Shown here: piece by piece, positions 1 through 13,811 of the stretch
Position numbering within the stretch: position 1 is the stretch's first letter
Layout: each line of letters begins with the position of its first letter
Assembly (NCBI GenBank): GCA_020137815.1
Contig: CM035350.1
Span: 5,456,001 to 5,520,000 of the forward strand
Length of the DNA stretch: 64,000 nucleotides
Source of the DNA: Hormiphora californensis
Taxonomy: Eukaryota > Animalia > Ctenophora
Direction: 5' to 3'
Translations under genes and position numbers: made by a program
The notes under the pieces: generated by a model
Databases searched by the model: none
What the model saw: the letters and a program-made list of their open reading frames with translations, nothing else
Told to the model about the DNA's origin: nothing

Positions 1-398
1 TTTGTAAGGACACAATTGGCCCCTTTGGTGAGGAAAAAACAATTGGGCACAAATTCCCAACCAAAAAGGTTGTCGTAACCCTTAACAGCAAAACCCACCC
101 TATTCGTACCATTCATCCCTGTGGTTTGTTTGGGGGTGAAATTCAAAAATATATAATAATAAAGTTCCACTTTGGACATGAAACAGACAAAAACGGGACT
201 TCCCGACAAACCCACGCCCAATTCACTTCAGCTCCCCCCTTTCCCCCCTGCACCACCACTCACAATTATAGGCACCACTGTTTTACAGGGTGTCCCCATT
301 CTTCTACCCCTACCCTTTGAAACATGGGGGCCGACGCTGCAGTATCTTATTAAAAGGGTGGGAAAATAAAAATTAGGACTTTTTCTTTATTTACTTAC

Positions 399-719
399 CT
401 TATCAAATGAGATGCCCCTCCTCAGTCTCATGGCGGTCTGGCTGTGTCTGGGCATCCTCATGGCAACCATCTCTGCCACACTGATCTTGGTCCTCTTGAT
501 GATGCCGGCCGTTGCTAGGTTATTGAGGAGTCTTCTCCCCTGAGGTCCCACCTGTTGTTTTAAAGGATCCTGTTGTTGTTGGTCCGGGAGTCTAGCAGAT
601 AAAGGGGACTGCAGCTGGTCTAGTGGTTTAGATGGTACAGGAGGTTCTGAGATTGATCTGGTGATAGGATGCACCCCTGCTGTAGATTCGGGGCTGCTGA
701 TGGAGTCATCGGTTGTCAT
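399..719 (-). CDS. Probable coding exon of an unidentified minus-strand gene continuing off the left edge
   Basis: ATG at 719 opens a 107-codon S/P/Q-rich frame (MTTDDSISSPES...MRLRRGISFDK) ending at a perfect donor AG|GTAAGT (399/398). No recognisable domain. Confidence 0.5.
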
Positions 720-1404
720 TTAGCTGATATATCAACCGGTGCAGCGCTAGTGTTTAGGAGCCATATTATACTATTATTAGTGAAGGAAAGATTAATAAAA
801 TAATACACACGTGACTAAATAGCTGCAGAACAAATATTTTGCATTTCTCCATCTCACTTATTTTCATTCTTTTCTCCTTCTCTCTCTCTTACATTATTCT
901 CTCCAGCTCTATCAAACACAACAACTATAGTGGTCAACTCAGTACGTTCAAGCTTGATAACAGCGGAAGAGAAGAGAGCATTGCTTTCCACCGTTTGCTT
1001 TCTGAGACTGGCTGGTGGGAAGGAATGGACTGTCATGGTTCTTTTTCCAAGAACATTATATGTAGTGCAATGACAAGTTCAATATATGAGAAAGTAGCAT
1101 ATATCTAGGCGGTACATATAACTCATCAAAAGCAATGCACTGGTGCGAACATTGGTGACATAGACACCTGGCGCGACCGAGATTGAGCTCACACAGTGTG
1201 CGGGGGAACCAACTGCATAAAATGCTGCTAGCGAGGACCATATTTAAGAATCAGTAAACGCTACTAGAAAGTTGCACGCTGCATAGTTTTTACAGGGGCA
1301 GGCAAGAGTGTCAACAAGGAGAGAGATTTATTCTTCTTCCGGAGGAGGAGGGTCAAACAACATGGCAGGGAGAGAGAGATATGGAGGTGATGTGTCAGTT
1401 GAAA

Positions 1405-1984
1405 GGTGGGCGGACTCTAGTGCTAACGGACTCTTTATCTAAATTCAAGGCAGACTCTATATCTAAAAGCGGACTCTTTATCTACAGTTAGACTTTGAAA
1501 AAAATTTAGATAAAGAGTCCGCCCAGTGTAGACTTTTTAGATATAGAGTCCGCACTGTGTAGACTTGTTAGACATAGAGTCCCCTGGTACATTTTGGCGC
1601 CAAATCCCCCAACCCGGACTCTATGTCTAAAATCCTAAACCAACCCAAAACCTAACCCCAACCATAACCCTAACCCTAACCTCGAACCCAAATAATGGCC
1701 CTAACACTTCTCAATTAGTATAGAGGTACAGCAAACTCTCGTTTCCGGCCTAACGGCCGAAATCTCGAGTTCGCTGAGAATGGCGGACTCTATGTCTAAT
1801 TTAGATTTATGTAGATATAGAGTCCGCTCTTTGTAGACTTTTTAGATAAAGAGTCCGCCCTGTTTAGACTTTTTAGAGATAGAGTCCTCCTAGAGTTTAG
1901 ACTTATTTGGACTCTTTATCTAAATCTAAATTTAGATATAGAGTCCACTGTAGACTTAGAGTGTAGCACTAGAGTCCGCACACC
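1405..1984. mobile_element. Non-autonomous TIR element (MITE) with 9-bp TSD, Mutator- or Merlin-like
   Basis: TIRs GGTG(G/T)GCGGACTCTAGTGCTA at both ends. Exact 9-bp direct repeat CAGTTGAAA at 1396-1404 and 1985-1993. Many subterminal GGACTCT(A/T)TATCTA repeats in both orientations. Confidence 0.9.
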
Positions 1985-2396
1985 CAGTTGAAAGGAGGGT
2001 CAACTGCACTGGATACACTTTCTATCATGCAAAAAAGGGGGGACCATTGCTCATGCACCTTGGACACGGTTCAAATCACTGATCAGATTCAATTTAATAG
2101 GTGAACAAAAGAGACTGATCAAGACTCAGTCAAGCGAGGAAGTGCTCGAACAACTGAATATATTGGACGTTATGTTTCATAGAGGACTACTTCTTTGCAA
2201 CATCGTCGATACACGTACACATTGCGGTTAAATGGAAGTAGAGATGGAAGAAGCAGGATAGAGAGAGAGAGTGTGTGTGCTGAAGTTGGATTCATGCTTC
2301 CCTGGGGAAAAAGCTGAAAGCATGTTGCTGGAAAAGCTGGAAAATTATTGCCAATGAAGTTCCCTAAACCACAAACTTGGTAACTTTTTAGCTCAA

Positions 2397-2470
<74 letters not shown>

Positions 2471-3550
2471 CTATCTTTTCTCTCTATCCCTCAGTGTCTC
2501 TCGTTCATAATGCAAGTGTCTATTCTGCACTACAAACTTGCAACAAATGGATAATTTAAACGCTCCCCCCACTTTGCATGGCTACTTTAGAGAGATTTGA
2601 CAGAACAAAAGGTAAACAAAACGAGATGCTTGATTGAACGTACTCGACGAATTATTATAGGCGCTATGAGAGTGTGACCTGGACAGCCATTGAGAAATTA
2701 AAAAATAAACTGGCAGAAGAGCTGTCTTGCGGTCAAGCGCGAGCGAGAGTAAAATCTTCTCAAAATGAGAAACCTACTTACTCAACAAAAACCTACAGGC
2801 CTATGTCTTGCACTCTTGCATCACGAAATACCAGTCAGCGACTCAGCTAGGATATACCCCCTACTAAGGAATGTATGTGTCTAGCTAAATGGGTGACATA
2901 AAAATAATAATCATACATAATAAGATACGACAAATTATACCAATTCTACTTAAACGAAATGCATAAAATGTTGACAGACCGAGAGTGATCAGACTCGGAG
3001 TGCAATATCTTAGTGAATGCACTGTACGTCAATCATCACTAAGAAGGTGCACCATTGCACTAATCTTCGAGATAGTATCTTGAAGAGTCGTCTAAACAGA
3101 AGTGTTCGAGATCCAAGTTATTAGTCTGGGCATGGTGGGCAATCAGTAAAAATTGCCACCTGATGCACATCTGGAAAATCTTATCAAGCAATCAATATAA
3201 ATATTGGAGAAAACAGATATATATATTAAAGTAGTTTAGGGTATGTTAAGATTTCCCTAATTGCCCAATTATGAGACCCATTTCACGGTGTGGGTCTTCA
3301 CACGTACTTCACACGACCCCCAGCTGGGACAGTAAACAGATCTGACAAAGGGACACACACACTATAGTGACACACATGGTACATGTTGTCAAACACACAA
3401 TAACCGCTCCCTTATACACCTCTTGGTAGTCTATAGTGGGTGTCAGCTCGTGTTAGAGCGGGTACAAGCAACAATAATAGACCAAACAAGAGACTTTACA
3501 ATTACATTTATTGATAGAGAAGAATGAATCATATACTATGATGTACTCAC

Positions 3551-3864
3551 TGCAGTTCCCAGTATAAGTCGAGGACTTGTGTCCATTCTTCTCCACGATT
3601 TGACTCTCGTTACCGATCCATTCCTCTGCTTCTTCCCCCTGTAAAAAAACCGAGTCAGTAGCTGGGAATGAAATTGAGAGAACTATGAGCTCTGCAAGAT
3701 GCAGATGTGCAGTAGACTTAACGAACTTTTTCCTATCAAACGGTAAAACTAACCCCAGCACCGGCCCGAGGACCGTAGGCATCACGGGAGATGATGTCAG
3801 TAGCTTTTTTAACCACGTTACACCAGCGATTCAGAGCCGAGGACTTGGCCCTCCCTTCACTCAT
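3551..3864 (-). CDS. Candidate pair of small exons, possibly an upstream or alternative 5' part of the minus-strand gene at 399-719
   Basis: ATG-initiated frame MSEGRAKSSALNRWCNVVKK...AG ends at GTTAGT (about 3753). A TTTTTTACAG acceptor at about 3639 opens a stop-free segment ending at GTGAGT (about 3550). No homology recognised. Confidence 0.3.
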
Positions 3865-4196
3865 TGCGTGCTATGATTGAGAGCTGTAGTTTCTACTGTT
3901 CATTCGTCGGGATTTTTTTTCGGGGGCGGGGGATGGAATTAGTTGGAAAAACCGGTTTAAAAGGGTATTGAGTTTGGTTTTTGGAAAAATGGTGCATTTT
4001 AGATCTTATAGGTAAGTTTTGAAGTTGGTGTTAAAAAGCAAAAACTCGATCAGAATTTATATTGTAGGCTTTCCCACCATGGAGAAGGAGCAAAAGAGAG
4101 TGGAGAGAGAGAGGAGGGAGCTGAAAAGAAGGAAGGAATGAAAGGTGAGGAGGAAGAGAGAGAGAGAGAGAGAGAGGAGAGTAGAGAGAAGGAGAG

Positions 4197-4242
<46 letters not shown>

Positions 4243-4297
4243 CGAGAGGAGAGAGTGGAAAAGAGGAGAAGACGAAGAGAGATGATGAAAGGAGAGG

Positions 4298-4339
<42 letters not shown>

Positions 4340-4990
4340 AAAAATATATCATTTATATTCGAGATGCAGGGACTCTGCAACAAGTCATGTGGATACATCA
4401 AGGTCACGGAGTGTGTTGAAATTGATCTCTAGTAAGATGTCTTTGGAATCATTTTTATCGGAAACGGCTATTAGAAAAATGGTACAATGCCTTCTCTAGA
4501 CCTGAGCCATACGCATACTGATCGTGATGAACATCATCAGTTAACAAGATGATGAGTCACTGAGTCAGAATAAAGTTTCGTCGAAGAGCCCCAGAGAAGA
4601 TGCAGGCCTGTCCGAGATCTGTGAACCTGGGTTTATGGCAAGAACGAAATGAGGTAACTGGTAAACCAACCTCAGTACCGGTGATAACACTTCCCTATCT
4701 TATCTATTTGAAAGGTCAACGTAACGGTAAAAAATGTAGCTCCAAGCACGAAAGTACCGACCTATGAAGTATGAAGTATACTTGAAAGTGTACACAAACG
4801 GCTGCCGTGCCATGTAGCTGACAAAATTAGGGCCACACACGCTCCGCACAAGTAAAACGGCGTGCAACAATCAGTGAACGCGGAGGGGGCCTGTGTAGGG
4901 AGCTAATAATGCTGCAGAGTCTGAAGGATCAACTTGACAATCCCTGAATCATGTCTGGAGAGATCAGGAGATTCAAAAAAAGAGAGAGAG

Positions 4991-5037
<47 letters not shown>

Positions 5038-5600
5038 TGACCTCTGGTATACACGATTTGTCCCCATAAACTTCAGTGGTCTGTAATAAAGTGGGAGGGC
5101 TTCAGCATGCGACAATTTGCATAATACTCTACCGCCTGGTTTCTACCGTTCAGTTACTATGGCAACCACACAGGCCAAAACAGACCCTTCTTCGCGAACA
5201 TGACACAGAGGCCAGAGCGGCCCATAGGAAGCTGCTACTAGTTAGTGTGTGAAGAGACGACCGGTAGATACAAGCCCTTAGTCCAATGCACATAATATTC
5301 TTTTCGGTTTTCCCAGTGACAATTGGGTAAACCGGAAAGTATACACATGTGTGTAATCCAGGCAAGCACGAGGGGACCAGGGAGCACAAGGAGATCGTTA
5401 CACTGCAATTGAGTAATGTTCTAACCACAGAAACTTGTAACAAGTCACACTTCAAAAATTATAAGTACAAGGGAGAACCGTCTCAACAAGCTAAAATCCG
5501 CCTCCTCTCTCTCACTCTATCAAGTTATCCTTTCTCAACAAATACTAGCTATTTGGCCATGAATGCCATTTCATCAGGCTATGCAGATCAATAAATGGCG

Positions 5601-5676
<76 letters not shown>

Positions 5677-6872
5677 TAGAGAGAGAGAGATAGAGAGAGA
5701 AAGAGAACCGGGCGGCATGACAGACTTTGCTTGTCACTCTGCAACTTGAACTATTCTCTCCAGAGAAATAGCCCCCCCCCCTCGTTCTATCTCTAGGTAA
5801 ACTGGTAAGACTAACAGAAACATAATATCACAGAACCTCTGGTTTGGATCTGGTTTGTTCCAGGGCTAGGAAGGAGCAAGATAGACACAAATCAGCTGCA
5901 AACATTCACTATCGTGTGACCGCCCTCTCTCTCTCTCGCATGTCCGCCCCAATTAGACGCCTAGTGTTGCATGCTTGACACATAGTGTTTCAACGGTTTC
6001 TAGCCCGGAGATCAGCGAGTCTCGTGTATCATTTTGGGAGAGTCTGAGCCGTGGGACAATTTACAAATTGGCCCTAAGATGCAATTGGGCGAAGGATCTC
6101 TCAATATGCAACACTTATTACTTCTAGTACTGCAGCAGTATATAATGTCTAGAACAACTGCACTGAGAGAATTGTGGGGGATAGATATAGTATCAGATAC
6201 TATGATCTATATCCCACGATTCTATCAGTATCTGCGAGATATAAGATATAATATATTTATATCCACAGTATACTGTAATATCTATCATGTCGCAATATCT
6301 CGCAGAGTCGATGACTGTTGAGAAGATATCGAATTCTCAGTCGCAGTTGTTCTTGGTAAAATGGAAACAAGTTTATTTCATTTTCATAAAACATGACTTC
6401 GTATAAAAAAGGGACAAACCACACTTTTGAAACATTCGTCCTTGTTAAAACTAAGGTACAAGACACACAAACACACGCACACACACACAAACGCACACAA
6501 ACACCAACATAATAATAATAATACACCCCATAATATACCATCAAGGAGTCATCACAAGGACCCAGGTTACACCTCAAGTAAGGGCTTTCCAACCACCCGC
6601 GTGGTTTAGTTAGGGGCAGGATCGGTATGGTAAACATCACCCCGTTGTGCTTTTAGACCAGTGACAAGCCCCTGCCCTAGATACAATGAAGACGCCTTGA
6701 AATCCTCTACCTATAACAACACCCCAAACCAACAAAAATACCCTGAACCACTTTCTCAGTAAATATAGTAGTTTCTTTAAAATTCCGACACTAACTAAAC
6801 AGCTCAAGTCCCATTATATATTGGAGAAATAAAACCCAAAAGACACACAAGCGCTCATAGAGTCTGCTTATA

Positions 6873-8813
6873 TCAGGTAGTGGTAGTTCGGCGGTACTTT
6901 GCCAGCCATCCATCCACAAGCCGCTGGGTGAGGGGATGAGGTGGAGATGTTCTCTGTATAGCGCATAACACACCGCTACTCGTCTCAGTAGTTTCCAGCC
7001 ACTGCCGAACTAGTTGTGACTCCAAACCAACCTGGGGATAGAATGTTAAAATGTTGAGCTATTGTTACCAGCATCTCAATTTGGGAAACAAGCTCAAACA
7101 CTATTTGAAACTATAAAATTTCCTATTTTCATATATGATCATAGTTACCTCGTCCTCCAGTATAAAGTGCAAGGGAAGCATGTGTCCCTGAGAATCACAG
7201 AGTGGCAGCAAAATATCCGTCTCCTCAGACCGCTGGATGCCCACTAGAGCACTAAAGTGACCCCGAGTGTATCCTAGGACCACGGGTGACTTGTTACAAA
7301 ACTCCGTGTTCCACAGCAGCGGTAGGTAAACACCTGGTTTGGGGGTGTGTGGGTTATGTCTCGCATATAACATACCAAAACAGCGGTGCTGACACGAGTA
7401 AACTCCCCGCGCGCAAACCCTCGCGCGCAGTGCTAACCAATCGCCGGTAGACCCCCTCCTCTGGTATGGCGAAGTGCCTAAAATATAACACACCCACGCG
7501 GAATTACTGCTATGTTGCTGCCATGCATAATGATTTATTATGCATAACAGCGACATAGGGAGGGGAGATGGGCTTTGTAGTTTTAGTAGCGACAGGGTGG
7601 TATTAAAAAGTTAGGATGATCGACGATCGTTAACACAGCGAAAAGTTCTAACCTTTCTTGACATTTGTGCGGAGGCCGAGAAAGAGGGTCGAGCTAGGCA
7701 AGCGAAAAGGGAGAGTGAGACAAGGTGAGGACACTTTCTGGAAACTATTTTCTAGTTTATGTTTCTTAGTAAGTAATGAAAATAGAAAACGACACATTTG
7801 TAGGATTTTGTTACAGTGTTGGGGATGATAGCATAGATAAGAGATATAAGGATGCGCGTGAGAAAGGGAGAGAAAGCCAGGAAAGGAGAGAAGAGAGCGG
7901 TCTATGAATTGTATGTCTATGCAGATTTGCATACAGTGTGGTACACTGTACAATACTCAATAGGCGATTAGCTGTATGATCTGAGGTATAGAGAGATCTC
8001 CCTCTCTCTACATATCTGTCTCTCACGATCTCTCCTTATTATAGACTACAGAGAAGATGTATGAGATGTACCAAGTCCCGAGAGGGTGTGTCTGAATAAA
8101 TTCACAACCCCCTCCTCACATTATATGGGGTGCAGCGATGAGAGAGAGAGCAACACACGACTCACCTTCAAACCGAGCGTAGTCCAAAGCCTCCCCGGTG
8201 CTATTGTGTACATATTTCACAGCATAAACAATGACGGGTCTGCGTAGGACATGTGCCAGACAGAACACGTGGGCCTGTTCCAGACTCTTCCCGGGTTGTT
8301 CTGCCAGTTTAACAAGTTTCCTCCAAGTAGTGACTCCACTGGGCATCGTTTAGGGAGTAGTGGAGGTTGGCAGCGTGCATACACTCGTACTCTCTCCATC
8401 GGGGGTACAACCTGGAACAGGGGAGTGATTTTAGGACACATTTTGTGAAAATACTAGATCACAAAACCGGGAAATTATTGGGAAATTATATTTCGTTGAA
8501 ACTAGGCATAAAGCCAAGAGGATGATTTAACACTCTGAATGGGGCTCGAATTAGTCCCCAGGGCAAGATCGCGATTAGGGGTATGCATATATATGTGGTG
8601 TCAGGTGTGGCCAGAAAGAATGCCAGAATAGAAGGAAACATTCGTGTGTGAAAACAGGTATGTGCTACACTGATTGTAAAGTGTGTTACTTGAGAGTATT
8701 CCCCGGATTACCCGGAAGAGCTGCAGCACTAGATTGTGAGAGGAGGGCCATGTATTATGTATATTTTCAAGGAAAGGGTGTAGTCTCTATAATCTCTCTC
8801 CCACTCTATCTCT

Positions 8814-8883
<70 letters not shown>

Positions 8884-9215
8884 CCTCTCCCTCTCTCTCT
8901 CCCTCTCTCTCCCTCTCTCATACACACAAACAAACACAGTAGTACTACTTCCGGTGTGTGTGTGTGTGTGGTAGTTTATGAGAGAATATTTATAATTCCA
9001 ACTCACATACCCCACATCAAGCCGGCCACAGTAAGTGTGAGAGGCGTGCGGTGGCTTCTCTCTCTCTCTCTCTCGCTATGTGTGTGCAGCTATGCGTATT
9101 ATTCATGGACAATGCACATTGCACATACCAAACCACACACGGCATCAATAAAAAGCTTAGCGCAAACACTGAAGACAGGGAGAGGGAGAGAGAGGGAGAG
9201 AGAGAGAGAGAGAGT

Positions 9216-9263
<48 letters not shown>

Positions 9264-10790
9264 AAGAGAAAGGAGAGGTTTATATTCCACCTCATTAGTA
9301 GAAATGCCCCACAAGTATATTTTTCACACCAAGTTGTGAGTTTCCCAGTTTGCCACCTACAATGCTAACGTGTAACTAATTAATTAACTAATTAATTACC
9401 TGTCTGCAGCTTGTACTAGAGTGTTGTACATTGCCTTCCTTAGTGATCCCTCCCTATCATTAACTCCCCATGTTGCCTGCAACAGTAGTCAATTAAAACC
9501 TAATTAATTCTTGGTCAGATCTCATTATTCAGAATAATATCTATCAGCACCAGAAGGAGATATATTAAAATTACTTCCTCAATTAAAACCGTTGAATATT
9601 TTCCCATCAACTTGGCAGTTATGAAAGTGTGATAATAACACAAACACACACTGATATAGCGCTATCAGCTGTCAGTTTTATCATAGCTCAGGCCGTTATT
9701 ACCAGATCTCTCTCAAGACTACTTTTCACTGCCAAAGATAGATCGAATTTTGTAGCAGTGCTTGGGATCACCCCTTCCCTACTTAGAGCCTCTAAGTTAG
9801 AGGTTACCCTGAATACCACGACATACAGTACCTGGAGGGCACTGTCAAGTAGGCAGTCACCAGCGCTCCTATTCCAGAGAGCGTACAACTTGCTCTTGTG
9901 GGTCTTGGTTATCTCGTGGTCCCAGTTGATAACCCTGTTCTCCATTTCCAACACTAACGAGAAGATGGGGTTAGTGAACACAAGGACCCCTTCATTTTAT
10001 CAGTAATAAGAAACTTCTTATTAGGACTCATTTTCCCCGAGATAGGCACATATATGAAAATATTCAAAACTTGGTTCTCTTACCCCCTCTTACACGTTCC
10101 TCCGGCAATTTTAAGATGTTCACATGTCGGGAGACGTACACAAAGAATTCATGAATTGGAAACAGAGAGAGATAGAGAGATATGAGAGATGGAGAGATAG
10201 ATAGAGAGAGATAGAACAGACACAACAGCGAACCGCACGCAAATGAGTGTTGGCCTGTATGAACACAGTGGCAAACAGACAAACAAACACTTGTTATGCC
10301 TTATTCTGACTATCAATAACTCTCTCTCTGTCTCTCTCTCTCCCTCTCTCTCTCTCTCTCACTCTCTCTCTCTCTCTCTCTCTCTCTCCCCTCTCTCTCT
10401 CGCTCTCTTTTCTCTCTCTCTCTCTCCCTTCTATTCTTTCTCTTATTTTAGGCCTAATTACATGTAAACGATTCCTATCTTTATTCAATGTTGACTACCA
10501 ATAAAGTTACTAATCATTGCCGATTTACTACCTATAATACATTTCTTACTGTCCAGTGTCCCTCTCCCCCTCTCCCTCCCGTGGTTGCGATACATTTCTT
10601 CCACTCAGATGATTTGTTACCTTTTTGCGCTTCCAAATCTAAAATCTCGTCAAATAGGCACTTTTGAGTTTGACTGCCGAATGTGAAGATGTCTGAAAGA
10701 GGAAATGAAACTTTTATTGGATGTAATCGGATGGCGGATAATAAAAGTAAAGATTTGTTATGCATGCAGTTATTTTCCATTTATTGGCAC

Positions 10791-10855
<65 letters not shown>

Positions 10856-10878
10856 GAGAGAGAGAGAGAGAGAGAGAG

Positions 10879-10936
<58 letters not shown>

Positions 10937-13724
10937 AGATGGAAAATATATCTACACGTGGTGGGGGCTCTATACAAGAGTGTGAGCTGGTGATGTTAAA
11001 CCGCCCACCATCTTGGCACCCTGCCAACTCACCCTTAGGGAGCTGAAAAGTAAAGTGGTCCGCCATGAACTGACACCGGAAGTCCCCCTGTGCAATTGTC
11101 CGGAGGTTGGCCACCACGTATCGCCGTATCTCACTTGCTATACTTGGACACTCGTACGATGGCATCCGTTTTAACCTCGGTTGTGTACCGCTAGCCCGTG
11201 ACTGAAACAGGGAGTATTGCTGTCTTCTCAAAACAGAGAGTTCAAAATACTGTGCTAATTCTGGATTGTTATTTGTTCGTTGTAACTAGAGGCGACACGA
11301 GGTGTGTAGAAACAGGCTTCTGATGTTAAACAAAACCGGTTTAAAATTTAATTCTTAAATTCCAGCTGCTCATAATTTGTATGAAACCCAAAACGGACGA
11401 GACCTAACGTAGGTCTTGAGTCATCCCAGCGATAATTTTAAATCCTAGGTCGTATTGAATGGTGAACTCATAAACATAATTTCACAATTCACATAAAACA
11501 GGAAAATGGGAGGAAAATTCAACATGTAACTTGCCCACCCTCCAATGTGCAGTACCCACCCTGCACTAACCTGTACTTGTTGTTGGCCGAGTATGACCAC
11601 GGCCACATTATGGTTGCTATGACGGAGGGCCAGGTGCACCAGAGTCTGGCCCTGATCTACACTGTGAGTCTCGTTACTAAGGAGACGGGCCTCCTCTACA
11701 CTTATCGTCCGGGTTATACTTCCTCCCTTTCTGATGAATTGTTCCACCGGCAGACAATCGCCGTCAATCGCTCCTAGGAGATGAGAATAAATGAACTTGG
11801 CAATGAAAGAGGTATATGAGGCATAAACTCTTGCCAGTGGCGCGTTATTTCAGATACCTTTCTCCCAGCGCGCCGCTGGGAGAAGGTAGCTGTAGTTTAT
11901 CCGCCACTGGCGGATAAACTGGTTTAAATCACGACGACGATCCCGAGGCGTAGCCGAGGGAGAGGCGGAGGGGTTTAAACCTATAACGCGTCTGTCAGGA
12001 ACTTGATCTCGATTGTCACGCGCAAATACAACGCCGCGCGACCTCTCTGAATGCGCAGCCCCTGTCCCTTGATTAAAAAATTCGACTTTACTTTGTCACT
12101 GGCACTCAGTGTCACTGAATCGCTGTGAGGGATAAAGTCGAATTTTTTAATCAAGGGACAGGGGGCCGCGCGTTCAGAGGGGTCGCGCGGCTTTGTATTT
12201 GCGCGTGATAATCGATATCAAGTTCCTGTTAATCTTAAGACTTGAACCCGGAAGCGTTGGAAAGATAATTTTAAGACCTTTTCAACGCAACCAAGATCGA
12301 GTCTTTATCTTATCAGGAACAGAAGATATGAGCGAAAACGTTTAGCACGCACAAAAAGACTTTTGTAAATGCGCGGCCCCTGTCCCTTGATTAAAAAATT
12401 CGACTATAGTGGGACTTCTCGCCACTGGCGCATTATTTAAGTTAGCAGGGTATATATAATTATAAATAGAGGGAAGGGTGGTGATGGGCGTAGTGTGATA
12501 TTCTCAATAGTGCTGCAGCACTCGGCTGCTTGCTAGCAGGCAAACTTTCAAGTTTAGTTAAATGAGGTATAAACTCTTGCCAGTGGCGCGTTATTTCAGA
12601 TACCTTTCTCCCAGCGCGCCGCTGGGAGAAGGTAGCTGTAGTTTATCCGCCACTGGCGGATAAACTGGTTTAAATCACGACGACGATCCGAGGCGTAGCC
12701 GAGGGAGAGGCGGAGGGTTTAAACCTATAACGCGTCTGTGGCAAGAGTTTATAGGTTTTTAACCCTGCTTTAGTTGTTTTTACAAGTATTCACACAAAAC
12801 AAAAGAGAACCCCAAATAAAAACACAAAAAGAGAACTGAAAAACAGTAAAAAAACATCTCTCATGAGTTACATTTTTTGGGAACATTTTAAGGGAGAGAA
12901 AGAAATAAAAAGTATGGGGGAGCCAGAATAAAAAGAGGAATTTAGTAGTGAAACAAAAAGGGGAAAAAAAAGGTTTGGCGGAATGGTTTTTTTTCTTCTC
13001 TCCTTTTTGGGGTTTCTTCCCCTGTTCCCTTTTTTTGTAAAATAAAATTTCCCCCTTTTTAAGAACAAAAAAATAAATAAACCGAGTAAAATTCCGGGAC
13101 TGGCTGGATGGGGCGGCTTTGGGGCTTTCCAAGGCCATTATTTAAATTGAGGTATAATTTTTATAGACTATATTTAGTACTCTTTTCATGAACTTTTTAT
13201 CCTTTAAAATTTTTCTCTATTTTTCTTTCTAGCTCCCTAAATAGAGTCTCCCTATTTCATTCTACGGCTTGCAGACTTCCCCGGAAACTTTTTCTGCAAA
13301 AGTTAATACAAGGTTGGGGGGAGAGAGAGGGGGAAAAAAGGGGAGAGAAAGGGGAAGGGGGGGAAAAGGGGGAAAAGGGGGAGGAAAAGGGGGGGGGGGG
13401 GTTTTTTTTGGGGGGGGGGGGGGGGGGGGAGGAAAAGGGGGAGGGGAAAAAAAAAGAAAAAAAAGGGGGAAAAAGAGGGAAAAAAAGGGGAAAAAGGGAA
13501 AAAAAAAGGAGGGAAAAAGGGGGGGGGTTTTAAAAGAAATTTTAGGGGGGGAACCCCCTTTTTTTTTAAAGGGGGTTTTTTTTGGGGTTTCCGCGTGTTT
13601 CCCCTTTAGCCCCCTTTGTCCCCCTCTGCCCAAAGTCCCTTCTTCCTTCTCCCCACCCCAAAATCTTAAAACCCAAAAAACCCGCCCATATAAACTTAGT
13701 CTTCAAAAAAGAGATAACGGAGAT

Positions 13725-13811
<87 letters not shown>

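Noticed and set aside
1-390. Short plus-strand ORFs
   Set aside because: Homopolymer-rich sequence that looks low-quality, lies in the intron of the minus-strand exon, and has no motifs.
4050-4419. ERERER / SLSLSL ORFs here and near 9000, 10700, 44800, 45700 and 50800
   Set aside because: Translations of (GA)n/(CT)n microsatellites.
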